64,000 nucleotides of DNA, from assembly GCA_051439425.1 (NCBI GenBank), contig JBFRWD010000138.1, positions 10,208-74,207 on the forward strand, in the 5' to 3' direction. The translations under genes and the position numbers were made by a program. This document shows, piece after piece, positions 54,073 to 64,000 of this stretch (positions within the stretch are counted from its first letter, which is position 1; every line of letters starts with the position of its first letter). A model generated the notes under the pieces. The model made no database searches. It was not told the origin of the DNA and was given only the letters and a program-made list of their open reading frames with translations. Origin of the DNA: Synechococcus sp. Its GTDB lineage: Bacteria > Cyanobacteriota > Cyanobacteriia > Thermostichales > PCC-7336.

Positions 54073-54483
54073 ATGCCCCCACCCCAGATACCCCACACCC
54101 CGGATGCAGGTTCGCAAAAAAGTACCTATGCTTGTTTTCATCTCGGGAGATCGGTTGTGGCACTGGTTAAACACGTTGGCGTCCTGTCTGTACTCTCAAT
54201 CGGCACAATTTCTCTGGCATCGCTGGGGGTGAGTACGCACTCTGCAGTAGCGCTACCGCCTCCCGATGACATCCCTGAAGAAGTGTTGAGGGCTCAAGTC
54301 GTATTGGAGGGACGATCGGCGATCGACAACAGCGAACTCTCTCCCACCGAATATGCCGAGTTACAAGCTCTTCTAGAGGAAAGTCAAGAGGTTACCCCTC
54401 GCGTTTCCCCCGAATTACAGCGCCTGATCTTGCTGCTCAAGCTACGGAAAATTCTACGCACTGTCACACCGTTCAGATTTTAA
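54073..54483 (+). CDS. Conserved cyanobacterial hypothetical exported protein
   Basis: Signal-like segment then LPPPDDIPEEVLR; true start probably downstream (GTG near 54157). Confidence 0.6.
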   Translation: MPPPQIPHTPDAGSQKSTYACFHLGRSVVALVKHVGVLSVLSIGTISLASLGVSTHSAVALPPPDDIPEEVLRAQVVLEGRSAIDNSELSPTEYAELQALLEESQEVTPRVSPELQRLILLLKLRKILRTVTPFRF

Positions 54484-54502
54484 AGTCATCCCCTCAAAAT
54501 AG

Positions 54503-54536
54503 AAAACGGCCCTGCTATTGCAGCAGAGACCGTCTT
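54503..54536 (-). terminator. Probable terminator between convergent genes (typA side)
   Basis: Imperfect stem ACGG..CTGCT/AGCAG..CCGT followed by TTTT on the minus strand. Confidence 0.5.
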
Positions 54537-54561
54537 CGTCATCAGGAACCGGGGAGACAGG

Positions 54562-56379
54562 TTACCGTTTGGCAGCCTTGAGCTTGGCTTTACGCAAGCG
54601 CACAGAGTTTGGCGTTACCTCTACCAACTCCTCTTCAGAGATGTACTCTAGTGCCCGCTCTAGACTCATGTCTTCAGGAGCCTGGAGGTGAACCAATTCT
54701 TCACCGGTCGCCGAACGGTGGTTGGTGAGCTGCTTGGCCTTACAAACATTTAGGTCAATGTCTTGAGGACGGTTGTGCTCGCCCACGATCATGCCGGGAT
54801 AGACCTTCGTTCCAGGGGTGATAAAAAAGACCCCCCGATCCTCAGCATTTCGCAGTGCATACGCAGTAGCATCCCCTTCTGCAAACGAGATAATCACACC
54901 GTTGCGTCGCTTCTCCAGCTCGCCCACCATCGGTCGATACTCCAAGAAGCTATGGCTCATAATGCCTTCCCCCTTGGTGATACGGATGAACTCGCTGCGG
55001 AAACCAATCAAGCCGCGAGCAGGAACCACAAATTCCAGGTGGGTGCGCCCGTTGCCAGTAACTAACATGTCCTGCATTTCGGCGCGGCGAGTGCCCAGCT
55101 TTTCAATACAGGAACCGCTAGCATCGTCGGGAACATCCAACACCAAAGACTCGAAAGGCTCGCACGGGTGACCGTTGACCTCGCGGAAGATGACGCGGGG
55201 CTGGGCCACTTGGAATTCATATCCTTCGCGACGCATGTTCTCGATCAAAATGCCCAGGTGCAGCTCTCCACGACCGGAGACAAGGAAGCGATCGGGAGAA
55301 TCGGTGGGTTCCACTCGCAACGCCACATTGGTTTCCAGCTCGCGCATGAGGCGATCGCGTAGTTGCCGCGACGTGACGAAATCTCCCTCCTGGCCGGCAA
55401 ACGGAGAGTCATTGACGCTGAATTGCATCTGCAGCGTGGGCTCGTCTACTGTAATCAGTGGCAGTGCTTGAGGATCGTCAGGGCTGGTCAAAGTAAAACC
55501 GATATTGGCATCGGCAAAACCAGCCACAGCAACGATATTGCCTGCAGTGGCTTCCTCCAGCTCGATACGATTCAATCCTTCGAAACCAAACAGCTTCGAG
55601 ACGCGAGCCTTCACAATCGAGCCGTCGTCGGTGACCATTGCTAGAGTTTCGCCAGACCGAATCGTACCGTTGTGAACCTTACCCCGTACGATGCGACCTA
55701 AGAAATCGTCGTATTCCAGCGTCGTGACCTGCAACTGCAGGGGCTTATCAGCGTCACCAATGGGAGCTGGTACGTGCTCGATCAAGAAGTCAAACAGGGG
55801 CTGCATATCCTTCTTGCCGTCGTACTCTTCAGCGAGTACGGCATCCAAGTCATCTTCTTCGATGGCATACCCCTGCATACCGGACGCAAACAGATAGGGG
55901 AAATCACACTGATCGTCGTCAGCACCCAATTCAATAAAGAGGTCCAAAACCTTATCAATCGCCTTCATCGGCTCGGCACGAGGGCGATCGATTTTGTTGA
56001 CCACAACAATCGGGCGTAGACCTTTTTCCAATGCCTTTCGCAACACAAACCGAGTTTGAGGCATTGGCCCTTCATTGGCATCCACCAACAGCAGGCAGCC
56101 TTCCACCATGCCCAATACCCGTTCCACTTCGCCACCAAAGTCGGCGTGACCGGGGGTATCCACAATATTGATCAGGGTGTCGCCGTAGCGTACCGCTGTG
56201 TTCTTAGACAGAATCGTAATGCCCCGCTCCCGTTCGATATCGTTCGAGTCCATGATGCAAGTGGGCACCACTTCGCCGTCGCGAAAGAGTCCGGATTGCT
56301 GCAACAGGGCGTCAACCAGCGTAGTTTTGCCGTGGTCAACGTGGGCAATGATAGCAACGTTACGAATCGGTGTGGTCAT
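54562..56379 (-). CDS. typA: Translational GTPase TypA/BipA
   Basis: [33 protein letters not shown]. Confidence 0.98.
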   Translation of the reverse strand: MTTPIRNVAIIAHVDHGKTTLVDALLQQSGLFRDGEVVPTCIMDSNDIERERGITILSKNTAVRYGDTLINIVDTPGHADFGGEVERVLGMVEGCLLLVDANEGPMPQTRFVLRKALEKGLRPIVVVNKIDRPRAEPMKAIDKVLDLFIELGADDDQCDFPYLFASGMQGYAIEEDDLDAVLAEEYDGKKDMQPLFDFLIEHVPAPIGDADKPLQLQVTTLEYDDFLGRIVRGKVHNGTIRSGETLAMVTDDGSIVKARVSKLFGFEGLNRIELEEATAGNIVAVAGFADANIGFTLTSPDDPQALPLITVDEPTLQMQFSVNDSPFAGQEGDFVTSRQLRDRLMRELETNVALRVEPTDSPDRFLVSGRGELHLGILIENMRREGYEFQVAQPRVIFREVNGHPCEPFESLVLDVPDDASGSCIEKLGTRRAEMQDMLVTGNGRTHLEFVVPARGLIGFRSEFIRITKGEGIMSHSFLEYRPMVGELEKRRNGVIISFAEGDATAYALRNAEDRGVFFITPGTKVYPGMIVGEHNRPQDIDLNVCKAKQLTNHRSATGEELVHLQAPEDMSLERALEYISEEELVEVTPNSVRLRKAKLKAAKR

Positions 56380-56813
56380 AGTTTGGGATTTGGAGGTACT
56401 TCAGGTTGTTCTCGTCAGCAACATCCAGAATCTCCACACCTACATCTGGTGTAAGACGTGTGGACAGACATCCCGACGGCATTAGACAACGGCTATTCAG
56501 CCCGATACCGGGAACGCTCTGGATTCAGCAACACATACAAAACTTTAACGATTGTAACGTGCCCTTGCCATGCCTTTGTCCTGCATGCTCTGACAATACG
56601 TATTCAGACCGCGCATGTGTATAGCAATCCGCTGTAAGTCTGCAGTGTGGAACCAGCTAACAACCTTGACGTGCAAGGAACAGTTGGTCGTGAACCATAG
56701 TAGATTGCCTGTAGCTCGATTCGACTAAGCCAAGCGTGACCAGAGCGGAACCGAACACAATACAGCTTGACATGTAACCGATCTCCACAAGCTCAATGCT
56801 GTAATTGCGCCGG

Positions 56814-56845
56814 AAAAGTGGCCCCAGGCGATCGCCAAGGGCCAC
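56814..56845 (-). terminator. Probable terminator downstream of psb30
   Basis: GTGGCCC...GGGCCAC stem centred on GCGATCGC, followed by TTTT on the minus strand. Confidence 0.55.
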
Positions 56846-56909
56846 AAGATACTAGAGACAATTGCTCAGCAACATCTGTCGTGCAACGGCTCTGGAGCCA
56901 GAGGCTGAA

Positions 56910-57017
56910 TTACATGTCAGCGCCGCGCAAATAGAGAACGAAGATAACGGCAGGACCAGCCAAAACAATGAGGGCCAGTAAAAATAGCTGAATAAAAACT
57001 TCAAAACTACCAAACAT
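56910..57017 (-). CDS. psb30: Photosystem II subunit Psb30 (Ycf12)
   Basis: Hand-translated MFGSFEVFIQLFLLALIVLAGPAVIFVLYLRGADM; EV..QL..L.LIV.AGP motif; below the ORF-track cutoff. Confidence 0.88.
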   Translation of the reverse strand: MFGSFEVFIQLFLLALIVLAGPAVIFVLYLRGADM

Positions 57018-57257
57018 TTTTCAAACCCATCTCAATTTGATGTCTCAGATTGTAACGCAGTTGGTTGCAACCACATCAGGAGAGGGCGCGAAGCTTTGCA
57101 GATGTTAAAGAAGCAGGAGCAGCAATCGCTCGACAGGAGCGTTAACGGCAAGCTAGTAAACCGCCTGCACACAAGTAATGCATGCTGACTCTCTCCCAGG
57201 CCTGCTGCAATGCATTCGGAGTTTGACGGCACCTCCCATCACAAGCCTGAAAGACGA

Positions 57258-57887
57258 TTAGTGAAATCGAAAGCGAGCAAAGCGAGGGGGAGAGCCTTCT
57301 TCTTTTGTTAGCTCGAAATTGATAATTGACCAGCGCCATTCTTCCGAAGCCACTTGATTCGCTATCGGAGACTCTTGGGCAGGCAATTGAGATGGCAGGG
57401 TTTGAGTTGCCGCAGCATGACCGTGCACAACCGGAACCATTTCAGCTTCACGCCCTACGGGAACTGGTTCTTGGCTAAAACTCACCGGTAACCCATACAA
57501 CTGCCACTGCCCATTCTTATGACGGCGAGCATGGTTGCTCTCCAGATAGGAATGCAACAGCTTGCTATACCGATACGCAATGGTGACAGCTGTGGCCCTC
57601 ATTCCTTGGGCGTGCAGGCGATCGAGTTCTTCATGAATCTCAAACCGAATGCCATCGACATGGGTATGCTGACGAAACCACATGCCGTTCCAACGTCGCC
57701 AGCGTCTACCCGATTGCAAATGGACAAGTTCTTGAGTGTCTGGCTCCGCTTCAAACGCTCCGTGACGTTCGCATAGGTAAGCATCTGTGAGAGTCAGTGC
57801 CGGAATCGTTTTGTTGCAGTGGGGGCAAGAAATGTCAGATCCAAAAATTGGTGGGGAAAAGCTCACATCCATAATTGTTGAGGCCAA
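57258..57887 (-). CDS. TIGR02652-like cyanobacterial protein
   Basis: PIFG..I.CPHC..IPALTLTDAYLC.RHGAFEA; RQHTHVDGIRFEIHE. Confidence 0.8.
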   Translation of the reverse strand: MASTIMDVSFSPPIFGSDISCPHCNKTIPALTLTDAYLCERHGAFEAEPDTQELVHLQSGRRWRRWNGMWFRQHTHVDGIRFEIHEELDRLHAQGMRATAVTIAYRYSKLLHSYLESNHARRHKNGQWQLYGLPVSFSQEPVPVGREAEMVPVVHGHAAATQTLPSQLPAQESPIANQVASEEWRWSIINFELTKEEGSPPRFARFRFH

Positions 57888-58092
57888 GCCATTGCTACTG
57901 CAAGTTAACGGTGAGTGAAGGGATAGGACGGTAACGGTCGGGAGATCGACAGACTTCCGGACTCACAATGCTACAGACAAAGCCCATAGTTGCTAGGCAT
58001 AGTATACAGAGACACTTTTTCTAACATAGCGATCTGTTACATAGCAGAACGCTTCTACCTTCAAGCCTGCCTGCCGACCACCGAATCAGCCC

Positions 58093-58476
58093 TCACGATC
58101 GCCGATTCGCTTCACTAAGAGGCATCAGCTCGCACCCGTGAATGCGCCAATTGCCATTACTTTGGCGCTCCATCAAGTAATACGCCATCAATAACCGTCC
58201 ATCTCGGCTCATGACCGTGAGCCGCTGGGTGGGACAATCGCTCATCCACGTTAAATCTCTGAACAAGACAGATCGCGGACGATAAAGAGGCTGGAAGCTT
58301 TTTTTGACGGTGGCGATAAAGGTTTTAACCGTCCGAAATTGCGCTTGGATATCAGGGCTCGCAAGTGAAAAGGCGGTTTCGGGGTCATCGCGGCGGAATG
58401 CTTCTAACTGGCGCACAATGACACGGCGAATGGCTAGCCGGTCGGTCGCTGTAATATCCGTCATCCCCATATCCAC
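58093..58476 (-). CDS. DUF4864-family protein
   Basis: IRRVIVRQLEAFRRDD..AFSLASP; Y.MERQ..G.WRI.GC. Confidence 0.8.
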   Translation of the reverse strand: MDMGMTDITATDRLAIRRVIVRQLEAFRRDDPETAFSLASPDIQAQFRTVKTFIATVKKSFQPLYRPRSVLFRDLTWMSDCPTQRLTVMSRDGRLLMAYYLMERQSNGNWRIHGCELMPLSEANRRS

Positions 58477-58607
58477 TCACCTCTTATATTGTCTTTATCC
58501 CGTGGCGTGACTGTTCGGTCAGCTGAACAACTCTTTGATACCATCCCTTTTTTTTGAGGCAGTTGAGTGGAAGACTACCGCTTTCAAAAAATGGTGCTAG
58601 AGTATGC

Positions 58608-58884
58608 ACAGTAACGAGCTGCTGGCTTTCGAGCTGGGGCTATTAGTAATACCGATTAGGGAATAGGAGGTGATGCCCATGGATAGTAGTAGTAAACGTT
58701 TTTTGGGTAATCTGTCTGCAGTACGTCGGCTGTGCGCCGGAGCTGTTCTCGCCTAGAGCTTGACTGGACAATCTGTTGAGCTGAGGCCGAGTTCCTTCCG
58801 GCAGTCAGACGCAGAAGATAATCCGACTAGACCGCTTCTTTGGTCAGTGTCACCGGGCACTGCTGGAGGAGCGGATAGTTTTTT
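58608..58884 (+). ncRNA. Putative structured sRNA or dual-function RNA (possibly PmgR1/Ncr0700-like)
   Basis: TGCTAGAGT -10-like element upstream; terminal hairpin CCGCTTCTTT..CAGTG..CACTG..GGAGGAGCGG plus T6; family resemblance is from memory and unverified. Confidence 0.5.
58679..58756 (+). CDS. Putative 25-aa small ORF MDSSSKRFLGNLSAVRRLCAGAVLA
   Basis: Perfect SD AGGAGGTGA ending a few nt upstream of ATG 58679. Confidence 0.45.
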   Translation: MDSSSKRFLGNLSAVRRLCAGAVLA

Positions 58885-59232
58885 ATGGATGCCTATCTGG
58901 GGTGCCTATCTGAAATTTTCAGCCGCAGAAAAGTAACGGTTGAGTGATTGTTGCGATCGCTAAGTTTTCAGGTTTTTGTGGGGAAGTCTGTAGTTTAGTG
59001 TCAACGCCGTTACAAAGATGTTGTGCGAACGATCGACAAGAGTTTGGCTTCTTTTAACCAATTGAAACCCATCCAAGCGGGTAGAGATGTCCGCTAGCCG
59101 CTGGCGCACCCATATTCCAGAACAATGCCCCAGCAAGCAAAAACCAGCCTCCGAGGAGACTGGCTATGCAGGAGGCTCACGCTGAGTGAATCCTATGCAG
59201 AACTAACTGAATCCCTTGCAATACGGCCAGGA

Positions 59233-59349
59233 TTACTCAAGGTCACGACGCTTGGGGTTCCGCGCTGGGTCGCTATTGAGGAATCCAAACACAAACAAAC
59301 CGACGAAGAAAATAACAACCGCATAAACGACGATTTTCAATAGCAGCAT
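59233..59349 (-). CDS. psbI: Photosystem II subunit I
   Basis: Hand-translated [38 protein letters not shown] (38 aa). Confidence 0.96.
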   Translation of the reverse strand: MLLLKIVVYAVVIFFVGLFVFGFLNSDPARNPKRRDLE

Positions 59350-59554
59350 GATAAGTAAATCCGTAAACTGTATCGAATCAAGAAACGCAAGCCATGGAAA
59401 GGCTCAAGAGACAACCCCAGCGAAGCGTTAAGCAAGATGAATTTACATAATGATATCGTGCTTTCTTACCGAACGAAGCGTGGAGTTGAAATTCTCCCAA
59501 CAGTAGGGGGAAGTCTGCCAAGCTCAATACCTGTACCGGTATCGGAAATCCACT

Positions 59555-60124
59555 CTACGATTTGCTATGAGGCACCACGTCGCGAGGGTTGAAGCCGTGG
59601 GAGGACAGCTCTTGGGTGCGCTGAATACCGTTCTCGACGCGATCGACGAACATCACTCCATCTAGGTGATCGATCTCGTGCTGAATCACGCGAGCCAGCA
59701 AACCATCCGCTTTAATTCGTTGAGGACGACCATTCACGTCTTTGAAGCTGACCGTAATTTTAGATGGGCGCTTGACATCCAAGAACACCTCAGGAATGCT
59801 CAAGCATCCTTCTTGCCCTAGTACACAGTCGGTCGAGCGGTCTTTAATCTCGGGATTGATCAATACAAGTGGATCGGTGTCGGGTTTGTCGGGGGCGCAA
59901 TCCACTACAATCAATCGCTTATTAATGCCCACTTGTGGAGCCGCTAGACCAATGCCATCAGCGCTATACATGGTTTGCAGCATCTGGCGGGCCAGCTCGC
60001 GAATGCTATCGTCCACCTTGGCCACACGCTTGGCTGGCTGGCGCAATACGCGATCTCCGAGCTTGTGAATGTCAAACGGGGGATGCTTGAGCTTGGTCTT
60101 GGGAACAGCTACAAATGTCGGCAT
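59555..60124 (-). CDS. def: Peptide deformylase
   Basis: GIGLAAPQVG, EGCLS, QHEIDHLDG. Confidence 0.97.
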   Translation of the reverse strand: MPTFVAVPKTKLKHPPFDIHKLGDRVLRQPAKRVAKVDDSIRELARQMLQTMYSADGIGLAAPQVGINKRLIVVDCAPDKPDTDPLVLINPEIKDRSTDCVLGQEGCLSIPEVFLDVKRPSKITVSFKDVNGRPQRIKADGLLARVIQHEIDHLDGVMFVDRVENGIQRTQELSSHGFNPRDVVPHSKS

Positions 60125-60667
60125 TTGACTTAGCTATGAGGTAATTTGACGAGACATGCTTAAAGATGCAAGTTAACGATGCTTGCAATTTGTTACCTAT
60201 CATTCTAACGAATTTTAGACATCAAGCCGAAGTCACTTCGAATTCGATCTGGGCTTAAACGTAGTGGGAAAGTTCCGAACACCCTACTGATGGGCACCGG
60301 CAATCGTAACAGCCATCCCTCTTAGACAGGTAGATGGGATGTCATTGGATAGTCGCGATTCTATAAATGGGTCTGGAAACAGAGCAACCTCTACCTGTCG
60401 ATCTCTCGAGTCACCCATCGCTCGACATGCCGATCTCAAAATGCCACCGCAAACCGTTGTGAGGTCGCGAGGAATTAAATGGCTCCAGCGCTTATATGGC
60501 TCGAAAAAAAACAGTCGAGCAATCTGCCCTACAGGTTGCCTAACGCTATACGGACGGATAGTCTACGGGGTCAGAAATGGCATCATGAGATCGGTGGTTC
60601 TGTCCGTCCGACAATTCCACTAGCTCGCTCTCTCCAACCTGCCTTGATTACCTCACTCGATCGCTCC

Positions 60668-63064
60668 ATGCCCACGGCCCCCACTTCGGCCGTCCCCGAT
60701 ATTCGCGTCGAAGCTCTCGATTTGCTGGAATGGGCTCGCCTGTGCGAGCACTTAGCTTCATTTGCCGCGACTTGTTTGGGCGATCGGGCCTGCCGTCAGC
60801 TGTCCCCCTGGCTATCCCAACGGGATAGCGAGACGTTGCTCGCACAGACGCAAGAAGTCCTGGATCTCGATGAAAAGCTTCCGAGCGGGATTCCCATGCA
60901 GGGAATTTACGAGCTGGAGGATTACCTGCAGCGAGCAGAGCGCGGTGGCGTGTTATTCGGACACGATTTGCTGGAAGTAGCCAGCACGTTAGCGGGGGGG
61001 CGCCGGGTGCGGCGGGTCTTGGATGACGATGACGAAGTCCCGTTGTTGCAGGATGCGGTCTCTAGCATTCGCACTTACCCGGATTTAGAACGGTCGATTA
61101 ACCACTGCATTGACGATCGCGGTGAAGTCTCCGAACGGGCCAGCGAAAAACTGAGTCGTCTGCGCAGCCAAAGCCGCACGATTCGCAGCCGCGTTCGGGA
61201 GAAGCTGCAGAATATTTTGTCGGTGAAAGGTGTCGCCGTACAAGAGATGGTGGTGACCGAACGGGATGGGCGGTTTGTTATTCCGGTCAAAGCCACTCAT
61301 CGCGAGGCAATCAAGGGGCTAATCCACGATACATCCGCCAGTGGAGCAACGCTGTTTGTAGAGCCCAATAGTGTGGTTGGGGATAACAACAAACTGAGGG
61401 AATTACAGGCTCAGGCTCAGCGAGAAGAAGAGCGAATTCGGCGGCAGCTAAGCGAACAGGTGGGGGTGGTAGCAGACGATCTGCGGCACCTACAAATCAT
61501 TCTGACGTTAATTGATACGGCGATCGCACGGGCTCGATACAGTGCTTGGATGGAAGCCAGTCCGCCGAAGTTTGGCAGCCAGCTATGTCTAAGACAAGTT
61601 AGACATCCCTTACTGTTGTGGCAGTCCCAACGGGAGACAGACGAGCCGTTTGAAGTGGTACCAATTGATTTAGCGATCTCCCCTGAAAAACGTGCAGTCG
61701 TCATCACTGGTCCTAACACCGGTGGTAAAACGGTCACCCTCAAGACATTGGGGCTGATGGTGCTGATGGCCAAAGCGGGGATCTTTCTTCCCGTCACAGA
61801 GCCGGTGCAGCTCCCCTGGTTTGACGGGGTGTTTGCCGACATTGGTGACGAGCAATCCCTGCAGCAAAGCTTGTCCACGTTTTCGGGACATATTCGCCGT
61901 ATCGGTCGCATTCTGGCCACCCTGAATAGCCATGCGTTAGTGCTGCTGGATGAAGCCGGAGCCGGTACCGACCCCAACGAAGGTGCAGCATTAGCTGCCT
62001 CATTGCTGGAGCACCTGGCCGAGCAAGCTCGCCTAACGGTGGCCAGCACTCACTACGGCGATCTGAAGGCACTGAAATACCAAAATCCAGTGTTTGAAAA
62101 CGCATCGGTGGAGTTCGATTCCGAAACGTTGGCACCCACTTACCGCTTGCTGTGGGGGATTCCGGGACGATCGCACGCCCTCTCGATTGCCAGCCGGTTA
62201 GGGCTGGACGAGGCCGTCGTGGGGAAGGCAAAGGCGCGACTGGGGGACGACAGCTATCAGGTAGATACGGCGATCGCCGGATTGGAAGAACAGCGGGCGG
62301 AGCAGGAAGCGAAACTGCACGAACTGAATCAATTGCAGCGCGAACTAGAACTCTTGCAGCAAACCATGGAAGCTCGCGCCAAGGAGATTGCAGCCCGCGA
62401 GGCAGCACTAGAAACCGAAAAGAAAGCGGCGATCGCGCATGCCATTAATTCAGCGAAGGGAGAAGTGGCATCGGTGGTGCGGCGACTGCAGAAAGGTGAC
62501 ATAACGGGCAAAGACACCCACAAGGCCACTCAAGATTTGAAGCGTATTGCCAAGCAGACGAAAAAGCCCGAACCGGCCCCTGTTGTCACAGAGTTTTATC
62601 CGCAAGTGGGCGATCGCGTGCGATTGCGAGGACTCAACCAAACCGGCGAAATTGTGGCAGCGGATGGGAATGAATTCGCGGTTCGCAGCGGCATCTTGAA
62701 ATTCAACGTAGAGCTAGCTCAACTGGAACCACTGGATGAGGTGCAAGAGAAAAAGCGCCAGCGCCCCAAAGCTCAGCCCAAGTCATCAGTACATCAAATG
62801 CCTGAAAAAGGGGTGGAGGTACGCACCAGCAAAAATACGGTGGACATTCGCGGTCAGCGGGTGGCAGATGCAGAATTGATGTTAGATGACTGGATTGCCA
62901 ATGCCCTCCCTGGTCCAGTGTGGATTATTCACGGTCACGGCACCGGAAAGTTGCGCCAAGGGGTGCATCAGTTCCTCAAGCGACATCCCCGCGTGGCGAA
63001 ATTCGATGCCGCCGAAGCCAACGATGGCGGTACGGGTTGTACGGTCGCTCAATTGAAGGCCTAG
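60668..63064 (+). CDS. mutS2: Endonuclease MutS2
   Basis: HDTSASGATLFVEP, TGPNTGGKT, IGDEQSLQQSLSTFSGH, C-terminal Smr domain (IIHGHGTG). Confidence 0.96.
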   Translation: MPTAPTSAVPDIRVEALDLLEWARLCEHLASFAATCLGDRACRQLSPWLSQRDSETLLAQTQEVLDLDEKLPSGIPMQGIYELEDYLQRAERGGVLFGHDLLEVASTLAGGRRVRRVLDDDDEVPLLQDAVSSIRTYPDLERSINHCIDDRGEVSERASEKLSRLRSQSRTIRSRVREKLQNILSVKGVAVQEMVVTERDGRFVIPVKATHREAIKGLIHDTSASGATLFVEPNSVVGDNNKLRELQAQAQREEERIRRQLSEQVGVVADDLRHLQIILTLIDTAIARARYSAWMEASPPKFGSQLCLRQVRHPLLLWQSQRETDEPFEVVPIDLAISPEKRAVVITGPNTGGKTVTLKTLGLMVLMAKAGIFLPVTEPVQLPWFDGVFADIGDEQSLQQSLSTFSGHIRRIGRILATLNSHALVLLDEAGAGTDPNEGAALAASLLEHLAEQARLTVASTHYGDLKALKYQNPVFENASVEFDSETLAPTYRLLWGIPGRSHALSIASRLGLDEAVVGKAKARLGDDSYQVDTAIAGLEEQRAEQEAKLHELNQLQRELELLQQTMEARAKEIAAREAALETEKKAAIAHAINSAKGEVASVVRRLQKGDITGKDTHKATQDLKRIAKQTKKPEPAPVVTEFYPQVGDRVRLRGLNQTGEIVAADGNEFAVRSGILKFNVELAQLEPLDEVQEKKRQRPKAQPKSSVHQMPEKGVEVRTSKNTVDIRGQRVADAELMLDDWIANALPGPVWIIHGHGTGKLRQGVHQFLKRHPRVAKFDAAEANDGGTGCTVAQLKA

Positions 63065-63100
63065 GCCGCGGCTACATAAGCTCATTGCCTGCAAAGCTAG

Positions 63101-63760
63101 CTAGACAGCGGGGGGAGGCTCGCTCTCCTGCAATTTTTGCCCGATGCGGGGTTCCGTTCCCGTCATCAATCGTTGAATGTTACCTCTGTGGCGGACGACC
63201 ACGTAGAGGCCACCGACGGCAGCAAACGCAATAAATTGCCAGGGCTGGCTGAATACTGTCATCAGAATAGGGGCCGCGATCGCCGCCAGAATCGAGCTGA
63301 TGGACACAATACGCGATAAACCCAAGGTTCCCAGCCAGACGCCTAAAACAGTTAAGCCCACTGGCCAGGCCATCGCCAGCAAAATTCCCAAACTAGTTGC
63401 AGCCGATTTACCCCCCGTAAAGTTTATCCACATCGACTTGCTGTGACCGACAATCGCCAGCAAGGCCGCCAGAATAATGCACCAGGGCAAGGATAAGTCC
63501 GGACGGGGAAAGACGAGCTGGTTCGCGATCGCTCCCGCTGCCCACACAGCTGCTGCCCCTTTGAGTAGATCGACAATGAGGACAAACAGCGCAGGTCCTT
63601 TGCCAAGGGTGCGTAAGGTGTTGGTTGCCCCTGTGGAACCCGACCCCTCTTCGCGAAGATCAATACCGGCAATCGCCCGTCCCAGCCAATAGCCCGTGGG
63701 AATCGATCCCAACAGATAGCCGACAACAGCAGACACCACTAAAGCGATTGCGACAACCAT
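63101..63760 (-). CDS. plsY: Glycerol-3-phosphate acyltransferase
   Basis: YLLGSIP, GSGSTGATN, GGKSAAT, RHRGNIQR. Confidence 0.95.
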   Translation of the reverse strand: MVVAIALVVSAVVGYLLGSIPTGYWLGRAIAGIDLREEGSGSTGATNTLRTLGKGPALFVLIVDLLKGAAAVWAAGAIANQLVFPRPDLSLPWCIILAALLAIVGHSKSMWINFTGGKSAATSLGILLAMAWPVGLTVLGVWLGTLGLSRIVSISSILAAIAAPILMTVFSQPWQFIAFAAVGGLYVVVRHRGNIQRLMTGTEPRIGQKLQESEPPPAV

Positions 63761-63919
63761 CTTGACCCCATACAAAACGCCGTCTTGATTGTAGGAAGGA
63801 ATGGGACACAGCCGCGTTGAGCAATAGACCAGGAATCGATCCTCGACCAATCCCCCCTGAGGGACACGCCACAATCGCGTGGTAAATTTGTAACGGTTTT
63901 TTTCAGGAACTGGACAGCC

Positions 63920-64000
63920 GTGGAACGTACTTTTTTGATGATCAAGCCCGATGGCGTGCAGCGGAATTTGGTGGGCGCGATTATTCAGCGGCTTGAATCA
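63920..64000 (+). CDS. ndk: Nucleoside diphosphate kinase (5' end, truncated by window)
   Basis: [29 protein letters not shown]. Confidence 0.93.
   Translation, partial: MERTFLMIKPDGVQRNLVGAIIQRLES

Noticed and set aside
58608..58884. tmRNA (the ORF ends in AVLA)
   Set aside because: No tRNA-like acceptor or T-arm, and the ORF has its own SD and ATG, unlike a resume-codon tag
58890..58912. Direct repeat TGCCTATCTG x2
   Set aside because: Only two 10-bp copies just after a terminator, with no supporting context
61417..62529. Several roughly 200-aa minus-strand ORFs
   Set aside because: Antisense to mutS2 with no recognisable motifs

Overview
This is a cyanobacterial chromosomal segment: the HIP1 octamer GCGATCGC is frequent, and por, psbI, psb30, ccsA and YggT/Ycf19 genes are present. 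Most of it is housekeeping (serA, tkt, thrB, sodA, murD-ftsW, ruvC, pgsA, typA, def, mutS2, plsY, start of ndk). Five accessory-looking modules stand out. (1) A fimT-pilV-pilW-pilX-like minor-pilin operon at 11.9-15.9 kb; its PilW carries an extra Tad-like C-terminal domain and its PilX a probable beta-solenoid, echoing the Thermus pilA1-3/comZ layout. (2) A translationally coupled pair of STAND-like ATPases at 22.7-26.1 kb, one with an N-terminal HTH and the other with 26 tandem 12-bp repeats encoding a glycine-zipper membrane array, with a divergent 48-aa membrane ORF beside them. (3) An adjacent dut-nrdJ pair. (4) A stand-alone RnfD/NqrB-like gene paired with a secreted DUF2330 protein carrying a CxxC motif. 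(5) A roughly 280-nt structured RNA containing a 25-aa ORF behind a perfect Shine-Dalgarno at 58.6-58.9 kb. I saw no tRNA, rRNA, CRISPR array, integrase or transposase. All family assignments come from motif recognition by eye; no searches were run.
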